Made by a program: the position numbers and the translations under genes. Under the pieces are notes generated by a model, which was given only the letters and a program-made list of their open reading frames with translations, made no database searches and was not told the origin of the DNA. 51,187 bases of DNA from Octopus bimaculoides (lineage: Eukaryota), in NCBI RefSeq assembly GCF_001194135.2, contig NC_068986.1, positions 58,238,810 to 58,289,996 of the forward strand, in the 5' to 3' direction. Shown one piece after another: positions 1-11,739 of this stretch. The first letter of the stretch is position 1. Every line of letters starts with the position of its first letter.

Positions 1-118
<118 letters not shown>

Positions 119-404
119 CTTTTCAATATAGAAGGATTAGATTTCTAATATACATATATAAGGTTTCATCAGAGGAATTTAGGCATTAAATATGACTTTT
201 TTCTTGTTGCAGTTTTTCACGTCTTAAACAGTGTGTGCATGCTGCATATCCGTGTAAGTGTGTATTAAGTTTTTTTTCTTCGTTTGTTTTTTTAACAGAG
301 CGGTTTTATTTTCTGTGTAAGCAGATATAAAGAGTATAAAATCTACGTAAGAGCTAATAAACAAAAATTACATGATGTAAGTCAGTATTCCACTTTTCAA
401 ACTG

Positions 405-407
<3 letters not shown>

Positions 408-497
<90 letters not shown>

Positions 498-540
498 TGT
501 GAGTGCGTGTGTGTCTGTCTGTCTGTCTGTATCTTTGTCT
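408..540 (+). repeat. (GT)n microsatellite grading into (GTCT)n
   Basis: Directly visible. Confidence 0.95.
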
Positions 541-1167
541 GTGTGTCTATGTAGAAGCTGATGTCAGGGTTCTAGCTATGCGTTAACTGCCATATGTGAT
601 GACATTCTATCTGAGTGCGGGTATGTAAAAATACCCTTGATCGATGTCAAGGCACGTAGTAGAACCACTCTGAGTGAGGGACCCCTAGCCTTTTTCACGG
701 CACCCTTCTAGGAAAAGGATAACGATGTAAAACCTGCAGTTTCACCTGATCACTGATCATCTCACTTCTGCCTGTCACTGGGTACTAACCACGGAGACTC
801 AAGTGTGGTGCTTATGTTGTTCAAGGATTTATCACTATGATCTAATGACATACAGATGTCTCTTTATGGTGACCTCATTATGGTGACTCGTAAGTTCATA
901 TAAAATGAAGTATTGAGATCTCAAATCACTTAAATAGAGAAATTAAAGACAACGCTGGTTTCCATTTAATAAACCCACTTTCAGCGATCGAAAACAAACT
1001 CTTCCATGAAAAAGAGATGAAAGATATAGAAACGCAGCCTACAAACTTGCAAAGCAATCCACCTTGGGGTTTCCGAAGGATAAATACTGAAACAATTCCA
1101 GTAATTCACTTCGCAAGGGGATACACAAATGAATAAGCCAGTTGAGTCCATCAACACCACTGCTCTA

Positions 1168-1345
1168 CACAAGGTGTTAGTATGTTTAAGTCTTCGTAAC
1201 TTGGCGGTTCTGTAAGAGAGACCGATAGAATACCACGAGGCTTCAAAAAATAAGTCCTGGGGTCGATTTGTTCGACTAAAATCTTTCAAGGCGGCGCTCC
1301 AGCATGGCCGCAGTCAAAAGTGACTGAAACAAGTAAAAGATAAAC
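1168..1345 (+). mobile_element. SINE family A, 3' half
   Basis: GGCGGTTC...GACCGATAGAATA...AATAAGTCCTGGGGTCGATTTGTTCGACT...CTCCAGCATGGCCGCAGTCAAA..GACTGAAACAAGTAAAAGA is the reverse complement of the tail of the full copy at 38751-39136. Confidence 0.85.
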
Positions 1346-1399
1346 GATAAAACATTAATGTTGAGCGTTGATGTTATTGTTGCTGATGTGACTGTTATT

Positions 1400-1640
1400 G
1401 TTATTGAGGTCTTCTAAATTATCTCTTGTCAAAGTTCCGACGTTTCGCGCCGTACATGTTACGACAGAGACATCTCGTCAAGGTGAAGTTAGTTGTTAAG
1501 TAACAATTTAAAGCAGAACTTAAGTGAACACGAGTTTTAAAAGCCAAAGCCTATCCTTCAGTTAAGTGTTGAAGTAATAAAGAATCCGACTTTATGGTTA
1601 ACCGCCAGGTCAGCTATATACTGTAATTAACAAATACGAA
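1400..1640 (-). mobile_element. Probable Penelope-like element terminal (pLTR) remnant carrying a minimal hammerhead motif
   Basis: The minus strand reads TTGACGA-G...C-GAAAC-GTC-GG, the typical PLE pLTR hammerhead layout. Just upstream is RLTIKSDSLLLQHL, weakly like a GIY-YIG C-terminus. Boundaries are approximate. Confidence 0.45.
1435..1487 (-). ncRNA. Degenerate minimal type I hammerhead ribozyme motif
   Basis: Minus strand: ttcacc TTGACGA g atgtctct GTCGTA acatg TACGGC g c GAAAC GTC ggaa. Stem II GTCGTA/TACGGC, palindromic ACGT stem III, GUC triplet. Core position C3 is U. Confidence 0.45.
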
Positions 1641-1931
1641 GGTTGAATATGTTGTTAAACTAAATGGCGTTGCGCCTGTAATAGTGAAAAAATTAAGTGA
1701 TTAATAAGCCAAACAGCAGTGTTAGCTGAGAACTTAAATAGAGCTAGCCTTACATACATTCTATTGAGAAGTTTCAAGTTCAGCAGAGTTGTTTGTCTAA
1801 CGGGTTGATAAATATGTTCCTCCCTTGCTGGAGTTGATCTTTCATTATTGTCATTGTAGTTGTTGTTGATATTCTTTCTCATAGTATTTAGTATATTTAG
1901 TATTTTTCACCAAAATGTCATCAACTAATTG

Positions 1932-1990
<59 letters not shown>

Positions 1991-2152
1991 NNNNNNNNNN
2001 NNNNNNNNNNNNNNNNNNNNNNNNNNNNNNNNNNNNNNNNNNNNNNNNNNNNNNNNNNNNNNNNNNNNNNNNNNNNNNNNNNNNNNNNNNNNNNNNNNNN
2101 NNNNNNNNNNNNNNNNNNNNNNNNNNNNNNNNNNNNNNNNNNNNNNNNNNNN

Positions 2153-2211
<59 letters not shown>

Positions 2212-3085
2212 CAAGGTGCGTAAGGTACTTTAGGACATACCTTGTTTGGGTCATTGCTGTATTATTTGCTAACTCTGTATATAATCATTGCTTCAGAAAA
2301 TAATAATGGCAGACCCTCAGGTTACTCAAGAAATAAAGAAGCATATTGTTATTGTGGTTATAAAGGCTGAACATAGCGATTTAAAAATATCTCGAGTTTT
2401 AAAAGTTGCCAGATCTTTCGTCTACAAAGAATATAAGGAGCTAGAGACTGAAGATAGAAATGTATCATCAGTATCAAAGCATAAATAACATTCTAAACAC
2501 TCTGAAATCATCAGAACACCTGAATTTATCCAGCAAGTTCAACAGACCATTGATTACAGACCCAGAAAGTCCATGAGGTCAAAGGCAAAAGATCTCCATG
2601 TGTCAGAAGGAACAGTCAGAAATGTTGTCCACGAAGACATCATGTAATTCTTATATGATGAAGAAAGGTCAATTTGTTAGAAAAAGCAAAAGAAAATCAC
2701 TACATCAGATCTAAAAGGATCTTAAACAAACTGAAAAATCCAGCAGAAGATTTGATTTGGTTTTTCTCAAACGAGAGATACATCGACCAAGATCAAAAAG
2801 TTAACAGAAGAAATGACAAATGGTTATGCGCGGATCCTTCCGAAGTTCCAAGCGTTATGCATACAAAATTTCCTGCAACTGTCATGGTTTTAGGAGTTGT
2901 CAGCAATGAAGGACATTTGATGCCTCCTTACTTCTTTCCACAAGGCCTTAGAGTTAACACTGCCGCCTACATTGAGGTCCTGGAAATAATTGTAAAGCCC
3001 TGGATAGATAGCGCATGCAATGTAAGGCCATATGTGTTTCAGTAAGACTCTGCACTATCACACATGGCTCTAGTAACACAGGAGC
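2212..3085 (+). pseudogene. Tc1/mariner-superfamily transposon, maT (DD37D)-like; transposase disrupted and 3'-truncated
   Basis: After TA at 2210-2211 a putative TIR begins CAAGGTGCG. ATG at 2306 gives MADPQVTQEIKKHIVIVVIKAEHSDLKISRVLKVARSFVYK, then *HSKHSEIIRTPEFIQQVQ...VSEGTVRNVVHEDI, WFFSNER (FSDEK), VMHTKFPATVMVLGVVSNEGHLMPPYFFPQGLRVN, YVFQ*DSA. Stops and frameshifts are present and the third catalytic residue is missing, so the spacing cannot be counted. Confidence 0.88.
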
Positions 3086-3299
3086 GGACACAAACACCCA
3101 CAGACACAAAAGCATAAGCACACATGCATACAGAGACAAACACCTACACACATACACACACATATACATATACAATTTTGCCGTAAATAAGATAGTGAGT
3201 GTAATAAATTTAATAAATATTATATGACGGAGATTATCGGACTGAATGTAGAATGAAACATTTTTATTTCTAATTTGTATATTTTTGCAATATGTATGT

Positions 3300-3351
3300 A
3301 TATTGTCGCAGGGTATATATGTATGTGTGTATACACACACACACACGCACG

Positions 3352-3433
<82 letters not shown>
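3300..3433 (+). repeat. (CA)n microsatellite
   Basis: Directly visible. Confidence 0.95.
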
Positions 3434-3437
<4 letters not shown>

Positions 3438-3927
3438 TATGTGTAGATGCGTGGGTATTGTGTGGGCGCGTGTATTGAGATGAGTAGATATATAGAAATG
3501 TGAATATATTACATCTTGGAATCGCTTAATCGTTTCTGTATTTGTCGGAGTGTATGGTGTATCACACAACTATTATCAATTGCTGTGATGCATGGGATGA
3601 TAGTTGTCATAGTAAAATCCCAGCTAGATTGATATATTGTCAACAGGGATTTGTTGGCCTGTGTTAATGGCATTTGTGTTAATATAGAGATGCTTTAGAA
3701 ATATTAGGAGTAATGACTTATCAAAATCTGCAATCAATTTTCGACATCATCAACATTATCATGTTTAGTGCATCATAACAGAAGTGATGCCATTATGAAT
3801 AGCGACTTTATGTAACAGATGTGATACCAGTATGAACTACGAGATAAACATAAGTGCATTCATACATACATATATACATACATACATACATACATACATA
3901 CAATACATACATATGCGCACAAACACA

Positions 3928-3968
<41 letters not shown>

Positions 3969-4144
3969 ACACACAAACACACACACACACACATATATAT
4001 AGCTATATATTATATATAGATACAGCTACGCTTACTTACACACACATACGTAAGTAATACATTCATGCATACATGTATACATACATGCATGCATACATTC
4101 ATGCATACATGAATACATACATACATGTATGTGTGTATGTATTT

Positions 4145-5212
4145 TTCTTTGAGTTTTATACAAGTTCTAAGGGAGTTCAAGCCGGTGGCTAACAAAGCGG
4201 CATGACTTTTCCAGTTAAGAGAGTTCCAGGTGTTTGTGTATGTGTGGTTGAGTTGGTGTGTTGGTTGAGCTGTTGATGCACTCACCTAAGTGTGTGCACC
4301 TATTCATCTAAAGAATCTGAGATGGTGAATCCTTGGAATGTGTTACAAATCTCCACTTTGTCACTAATAGATTGGATATGGAGAATGCGCATCAGTTTCT
4401 TTTGCTCTTCCTTCGAAAGATTTAATGCCTCTAGATTTTTGTGTAAATTTGATGGTGCATTAAGTTATGCATAGGCGCTCTTAGGTTTGCACCGGATTGC
4501 TGTTTTTATTGGAGAGTTCTACCAGTAGTCTTTACTTTTAAAGGTGTGAATTCAAGTATTGTAAATAGTCTTTGCAATCATATCATGCCGTAGGAGCAGA
4601 TAGTATCTAGTGGGCATTTTAGGGCAACTATTAATGATGTGAGTGATATTTTCCACACTGGTATAGTAGAGCCGATATTTTCTATCACAATGTGGAGGTT
4701 TGATGGTACCTTGGTCTCTCTTGTTCATCAGGTATTTAGTCGCTATCTCCTGTTTCTGGATATCAAAATAGAGTACCTGCTTAGTAGTTCTTCTCCAACT
4801 CTGAATATGTTGCTCTCATGTAAGGTACTAATTTCTTTATTTACTTTTCAAAGGTTGTTTGGGCTGACCTTACGCCTCAACTGCCATCAGTTCGTCTCAC
4901 ATAAATACTATCAGTGTCGCTGTTAATGTGAAAGGTGCCAGTGATGGTCAGTGCCTTTCTAGTTTTGATGCCAAGGCTACGGATCTCGACAAGCGTCCAG
5001 TCCAATGTCTCAAATTTTGGCACCTGCACTTGCACTACAAAACTATTGTCTTGTTAAATGCAGACAGCTCTGAGTTCCATTTTTTCCCCGGCATCTACTG
5101 TTATTCTGACTTTAGTCACAGCACCAATTTATGCAACATTCTCATCGATTCCGAAATACAAGATAGGAGAAATATACAAGCCGTTGATGCACATGTCTCT
5201 GCCTGGTTGACA

Positions 5213-5213
<1 letters not shown>
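4145..5213 (-). pseudogene. R4/Dong-like (restriction-like endonuclease) non-LTR retrotransposon; 5'-truncated and internally deleted
   Basis: Minus-strand translation: YFGIDENVA*IG..KVRI / KWNSELSAFNK / LDWTLVEIRSLGIKTRKALTITGTFHINSDTDSIYVRRTDGS*G (RT C-terminal region). Next is FDIQKQEIATKYLMNKRD...CDRKYRLYYTSVENITHIINSCPKMPTRYYLLLRHDMIAKTIY (CCHC knuckle with C->Y changes). Then YW*NSPIKTAIRCK and the terminal LHIQSISDKVEICNTFQGF, with a stop at ~4300-4302. Confidence 0.85.
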
Positions 5214-5214
<1 letters not shown>

Positions 5215-5243
<29 letters not shown>

Positions 5244-5343
5244 TGTATGTATGTATGCATGTATGTGTGTATGTATGTATGTATGCATGCATGCATGTAT
5301 GTATGTATGTATGTATGTATGTATGTATGTATGTATGTATGTG
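5215..5343 (+). repeat. (ATGT)n microsatellite
   Basis: Directly visible; abuts the 5'-truncated end of the R4-like LINE. Confidence 0.95.
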
Positions 5344-5742
5344 TTAGTAGGACACTTGGTGTCCCCCGAGTAATAGGTGATTCATGTAGCGAATTTTTCG
5401 AAAAGGAATCGTGATAATTGAACATAAATGTATTATCGGAAACACAAAGCATATTTTCCGTGTAAAACAGATACAGGATTCGAAAAATTACCCCTGGCAA
5501 AATATAAACAATTTTCAATAAAGATTTTCATGAAAAGCTACGTTCTTAATTCACCCTCTTTGAATATTGACATAAAGATTGTTATGGTTTGCAGCAGGTT
5601 TGAGTTTTCCATGAAAGAAACGAGGTTGCTTACAACTGCAGTTCAGTTATCTTCGACGTCTAATCTTGCAGAGTATTGATGGCCAGTGTGAAGCTTAAGC
5701 CTGTGGAAATTTGGAGTCTCTTAAACAACCTAATCAGTAAAA

Positions 5743-5778
5743 AAAACATATATCTATCTTGCGATAGATATATGTTTT
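5743..5778. repeat. Perfect 16-bp inverted repeat with 4-nt loop
   Basis: AAAACATATATCTATC-ttgc-GATAGATATATGTTTT. Confidence 0.9.
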
Positions 5779-6865
5779 CCTTTACCTGGGGTTATAAGTG
5801 TTATTAATAACCGCTTGAATTGGATCAGGAAAAATGTAACTATTGGTTAGTTGCTTACATTGACAGTATTGTTGTTTGAGGTTAATATTTCTCTTTACAC
5901 GATCGCCTGTGATTTTGGTAGTTTTCACAAATATTTTTGAAAGACAACTTCTTTCAGTCCTTCAGTAGAAGCTACTGTTACGCTGGCTGTTCCCATATCC
6001 ATGCTGTCCGGTAAATCTGGTTGAACAGTTCTCCATTACCGGGTTATAGTAACTTGTTTGCGAATTGGTCCGATAATTGATCCCCAGACCAATTTGACTG
6101 GAGAGGATTTTCGTTTTTGCACAAATGAGAATGAGTATAAGAGGAAGGTCTCTTTTTATCACTTAGCAGTGTACATGTTACACGTCATAGTACCTAAGAT
6201 GTTATACTTCGTTATGAATACTTCATCTTGAAGCACGCGTTGAAAATCTATGACCAACAAATCCTCCATTCACTTATGACATCGATGGATGCATTGCTGC
6301 AGCATTTGCTCAAACTATCTGCGCTGTGTATTCTTCGCCGACTGTCTACTTAATTCGTCACCAGATTTAAAAGCAGCACCTGGGTCTTGGCTGCCTTTAT
6401 GAGAGTTGACTTTGCTGTAAGATTTCCAACCAGGTCCACAATCTGAGGATAACTTCCTCCATTCATCCAACAGTTCTGGAGATACTGATTAAATAAGGGT
6501 TCATGGGTAGTACCCTTCTCTTCCTTGACTAAAAATAAATCATCACACACATGTGCACGCGCATATATACACACACACGCAAATTTAGTCGCCAACTGGA
6601 ACATGATGTCTATCCTTTCACTTACTGAACTCTTTATAATAATCAACGAATCGTTAACTCATCAACACTCATACTACGCACATACTCTCACTCACAACAC
6701 CTCTACACATACATACACATAATACTTAAAGTCAAATTAACTAGACTAAATCGAAAGAGGTACGGTGTTCCTGCCACGCATTATATATATTAGATCCTCC
6801 TGCCCACCTCTCTCTCTCTCTATACACACATATATATATATATATATGTCTGTTTCTGTCTCTAT

Positions 6866-6909
<44 letters not shown>

Positions 6910-6921
6910 ACACACACACAG

Positions 6922-6953
<32 letters not shown>

Positions 6954-7519
6954 TATGTGTCTGTTTCTCTCTCTCTTTCTCTCTCTTTCTATTTATTTAT
7001 TCATATATCTATCTATCTGTGTCTATCTAACTATCTATCTATTAATTTTCGTGTATATCCTTCATGCCTTTCTTTAAATTTCTTCCTTCCTTCTATTCAT
7101 TCATTGATTCATTCATTCATTCTGTACTTTTTCATTTAATATCAACTTTTGTCCNNNNNNNNNNNNNNNNNNNNNNNNNNNNNNNNNNNNNNNNNNNNNN
7201 NNNNNNNNNNNNNNNNNNNNNNNNNNNNNNNNNNNNNNNNNNNNNNNNNNNNNNNNNNNNNNNNNNNNNNNNNNNNNNNNNNNNNNNNNNNNNNNNNNNN
7301 NNNNNNNNNNNNNNNNNNNNNNNNNNNNNNNNNNNNNNNNNNNNNNNNNNNNNNNNNNNNNNAGAATGAAAAGAGAAGTTATGATAATAAAGAACGACAA
7401 ATTCAAACCACATAATCAAGACGTCATTTATTAAGAGTTACTGTATTGCCAATTCATCAAGTGAACCTTTCATATTTGCATACAACATAACCAATATATC
7501 TCCAAGAAAGACAATGGTG

Positions 7520-8560
7520 TCTTCAAAGGTGGTGGGGATGGACCGGCACGGTCTGAGGGAAGTGGTCGGAGGTATTAATGGGTAGTGGTGGTGGTGTTTT
7601 TTTTTTATTTTACATCGAGGGTGGGTTGTTCTGGGTGGTGTTGGATTTGGTAGTCGTTGGGACTGAATTGGTGGTTTTGCTGGATGGGGTGATAGTTATG
7701 CTTGTTGTTTGTGATGGTGGGGATGTTGGTAGATGGTATTGGATGAACGGAAATGATGGTGATGGTGATACTGGTGGCGATGGAGATGGTGCAGGGTTTC
7801 GAAAATGATGGTGATGATGTTGATGACGGTGAAAATGGCGCTGATAGTTGTTGTTGAAGTGGTCGTAGCTGTAATAGTGCTTGAGATGGTGGTGGGTGTG
7901 TTGGGAAGGAACGAGTGCTCTGAGATGGTGAGGTAATGTTGTTGGAAGCGATGATGTTAGTGATAGTGACGGTTTTGAAGGTGGAGATGGTGGTGAGTGG
8001 TCAGCGGTGGCCCGGGGTCGATGGTTATGGCGGGTAGATGTAGTCGGAAGCCGTGATGATGGTCGTAATGATGGTCGTAACGCTCGTCGTCGTAGTGATG
8101 GGTCATAGGAAATTTGGAAACAACAACGAAGAAGCTATTCCAATATTCCAACATCTCAATTCCGCCACCGCCATTGTTACAGCCACCGATACCACGATCA
8201 CCACTACCACCACCAGCACCACTACCAGCACCACCAACACCAACACCACCATTGCACTTACTGTCGATGCTAACGCAACGTCCACACGGCGTGGTTGTTT
8301 AAATTTCACTGGCTTCAAAATTGGCTTAAATCAATATCACACAATTAGAAAACTACCATTACTGCTAGCACTCCCTCTGGTTCATATGCCAGTCCACCAC
8401 CACAACCACCACTAGCACCGCTGCAACTACCACCACCACCACCACCACCACCACCACCACCACCACCACAGTTACTACAAATACTACCATTACTATCATA
8501 TATAAGAAACAAAGCTATCATCACATCAACCACATTTACAACCATTCTATGACGCTGTAT
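7520..8560. repeat. Degenerate trinucleotide low-complexity region (GGT/GAT-rich, switching to ACC/CAC-rich)
   Basis: G-rich at 7520-8105, C-rich at 8110-8560, with a pure (CAC)n tract at ~8425-8470. Confidence 0.85.
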
Positions 8561-8658
8561 CTTCAATACGTTTGCCACTAGTCAGCTGTACCAGATGTCC
8601 TCTATTCTTATTACCTTTTCGAGAAAACTGTGCGCGCGCGTGCATGTGAGTGTGTGTA

Positions 8659-8689
<31 letters not shown>

Positions 8690-8784
8690 GTGTGCATGAA
8701 TGCGCGCGCGTATGTATGTATGTGCGTGAATGTGTGTATGTATGCATGCGTGCGTGCGCGTGTATGTATTCGCTGAGCCAGCGA

Positions 8785-8945
8785 TAGAATATCTACCTTG
8801 TCACACGGTGTGCTAGATGTAGCAGTTAAATGTCACTCAAATCACACCCTTTCAAGCTTATAAAAAGGGACATATCGGCTAATGTGGACTTGGGTTGTCT
8901 GTACGTAGGACAAAAGATGAGAATGCTGCGGCTGAGAATGAGAAT
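8785..8945 (+). repeat. Dispersed repeat family D (unclassified)
   Basis: GCTAGA.GTAGCAG.TAAAT...CTCAAATCACACCC motif, shared with 9175-9370, 13750-13885(-), 37590-37760, 37975-38210 and 44035-44105(-). Confidence 0.6.
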
Positions 8946-9174
8946 GCCATATTTGTTCATAGCTTTGTACTATTAGGTCTTCCTCAAGGCTAACTCACAC
9001 AGCAACTATAACCCACCATATTAATATCATTATGGCACCTATCGTTATGTCACCACGCACACTATAAGCACTAACACTACCACACCACCAGCACCACCAT
9101 CAAAGCCAGTAACTATATTACAATCTTTATTAGCTGAATTTTAAAATTACTAAGTAACAGCAAAGAGAACATCA

Positions 9175-9370
9175 GCCAGTGAGGGAGTTTCTACATGGTT
9201 ATGCAACCAGCGAGAAATACCAGCTAAATCCCTCTCAAATGACACACCACAGTCACTGAAAATGATACACTGAATAATATCATGTGGAATAGACTATTTC
9301 TGATTAAAAACAGTATTGACAGAGATGCGTTTTATCATGTCTGTGAGTCTTCTCCATCAGTGCTGTTTGG
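9175..9370 (+). repeat. Dispersed repeat family D
   Basis: GCGAGAAATACCAGCTAAATCCCTCTCAAATGACACACC matches the other D copies. Confidence 0.6.
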
Positions 9371-10374
9371 AACCTAAACAATAATACTTACAGGGATACG
9401 CTCTGCTGCTTCAATATATGCCATGACGGCCACGACTATTCATTACGGTAACCACGAATACCAAAATCTTCTCCCAATGTTCAATTCAATATACAACATT
9501 TAATGTTGGAACGAATGATGTAAGCGTCACAAAACATATTTTTTAGGTCAAACTACAACCATTCTTTCCTGTAGAGTAACAATGCTTTTGCATCAAGTAG
9601 GCTTACAATACATTAATGAGTCGCAATATAACGATGAGCAACGACAACAACAAGACACTCAAGAAATGTATATACTGTAGAATATAAACTTGTCCTGCTA
9701 AGTTATGCGTTTAGATCCCGCAAAGATAAAATTTGACTTACATCTTTCTGAATGACGATGAAATATGTAACAATCATATTTTAAGAATCGCTGCAGCCGA
9801 TTATACTTCTTACGTAAAAATAAGAAATCATTGGTTTGTTACATTAACAAGATACAGTTCTAATGATATTCAAGCGAAATGAGATAATTCAGAATCGAAA
9901 CTAGATCGCATGACCAGCTCATCTCTATAGTTTGTGGCAAAGATTAAACTTGTAGCTGAAATATAGACATGCAAATTTGGTTCCGAGTTTTTCTTATATT
10001 CACGTTGATTTTTTTTTCCCCCATTCTATTTTTGTCCTTAAAACCCTCCCGCTACCATAACCACCACTACAACCTGTACAACTGTCTGATATCTGGATAT
10101 GTCGCACTTTTTTTTTTTTTTAGAATCTCTCGCATCAATATTAATGGAAATCTAGAAAGTTCCTCCAACTAGTTTCCGCTTATGAATTATGGCTGTGAAA
10201 GAGAAAATTAAAGTCTTCGTTATTAAGCTTTCTTGAAAGACATCTTGCGTGGTTTATTAGATATCATCGTGAGATATTACACTAATATTACATATATCAT
10301 GATGTATTGATACCAAATGTCATATACTCGTACATACAATACGAGAAATAATACTGTACTGGTGGATGAGATGA

Positions 10375-10376
<2 letters not shown>

Positions 10377-10438
<62 letters not shown>

Positions 10439-10490
10439 TATGATAATAATATTATTATTGTTGTTGTTGTTGCTGTTAATAATAACGACA

Positions 10491-10570
<80 letters not shown>

Positions 10571-10643
10571 GACTAAAGCAAAGCTCATTCGATGAAATAC
10601 AGGAAGTATATATCGTCATTCTCATCATCATCATCATCATCAT

Positions 10644-10699
<56 letters not shown>

Positions 10700-10720
10700 C
10701 CACCATCACCATCATCATCC
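10377..10720. repeat. Compound (TTA)n / (TAA)n / (CAT)n microsatellite
   Basis: (TTA)n at 10377-10440, (TAA)n at 10490-10567, (CAT)n at ~10618-10715. Confidence 0.95.
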
Positions 10721-10739
10721 TCAACGACATCATTATTAA

Positions 10740-10942
10740 GGCGACGAGCTCGCAGAATCGTTAGCGAGTCGGACAAAATGCTTAGCGGCATTTCTTCCAA
10801 CTCTTTGAAATTCCGCTGAGATCAACTTTGCTTGTCATCTTTTAGGGTCGATAAAATAAGTACTAATTAAAGGGGTCAATCTAATCGACTGAGCCACTTT
10901 TCCCAAATTTCAAGCCTTGTGCCTAGAGCAGAAAGGATTATC
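10740..10942 (+). mobile_element. tRNA-derived SINE family B (CORE-like), copy 1 of the tandem chain
   Basis: GGCGACGAGCTCGCAGAATCGTTAGC...AAAATGCTTAGCGGCATTTC...GGGTCGATAAAATAAGTAC...GCCTTGTGCCTAGAGCAGAAAG. Confidence 0.85.
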
Positions 10943-10944
10943 AA

Positions 10945-11150
10945 GCCGGTGAGTTGGTAGAATCGTCAGCTTGTCGGACAAAATGCTTAACTATTTCTTA
11001 TGTTTTCATTTCAAATCCCATTGAAGTTAACTCTACTTTTTATTCTGTCTAGTTCGATAGAATACAGTATCAGCCTAAGAACTGGGGTCAATGTAATCGA
11101 CTAAACGCCGACTTCTAAAAATGCTGGCTTTGTGCCAAAATGTGAAACAA
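10945..11150 (+). mobile_element. SINE family B, copy 2 (diverged), with (TTA)n tail
   Basis: GCCGGTGAGTTGGTAGAATCGTCAGC...CTGGGGTCAATGTAATCGACT...GGCTTTGTGCCAAAATGTGAAAC. Confidence 0.8.
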
Positions 11151-11237
11151 TTATTATTGTTATTATTATTATTATTATTATTGTTATTATTATTATTATT
11201 ATTATGATCATCATCATTACCATTATCATTGTCATTA

Positions 11238-11445
11238 TTGAGCTGGCAGAATCGGGAGCACGCCGAGCAAAATGTTTAACGGTATTTCGTCCGTCTTTAT
11301 GTTCTGACTTCAAATTCCGCCGAGGTCGACATTGCTTTTCATCCTTTCGCGGTCGATAAATTAAGTACCAGTTGTGTACTGGAGACAATCTAATTGACTG
11401 GGCCCTTCCCCAAAAATTTCGGGTCTTGTACCTAGAGTAGAAAAG

Positions 11446-11450
<5 letters not shown>
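11238..11450 (+). mobile_element. SINE family B, copy 3, with (ATT)n tail
   Basis: GAGCTGGCAGAATCG...TTCAAATTCCGCCGAGGTCGAC...GGTCGATAAATTAAGTACCAG...CCTAGAGTAGAAAAG, then (ATT)n to ~11523. Confidence 0.9.
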
Positions 11451-11523
<73 letters not shown>

Positions 11524-11712
11524 GAGCAGACAGAATCGTTGGCACGCCGAGCAAAATGCTCAACAGCATTTTCTCCGTCTTTATGTTCTAAGTTCAAATT
11601 CGACGTTGCCTTTCATCCTTTCGGAGTCGATAAAATAAGTACCACATGAACACTGGGGCCGACTTACCCACTTTGCTGAAATTACTGACTGTCAAAATAT
11701 GAAATCATAATT
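11524..11712 (+). mobile_element. SINE family B, copy 4
   Basis: CAGAATCGTTGGCACGCCGAGCAAAATGC...GTTCAAATTC...CCTTTCATCCTTTCGGAGTCGATAAAATAAGTACC. Confidence 0.85.
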
Positions 11713-11739
11713 ATTGTTGTTGTTGCCATTCTTGTTCTT

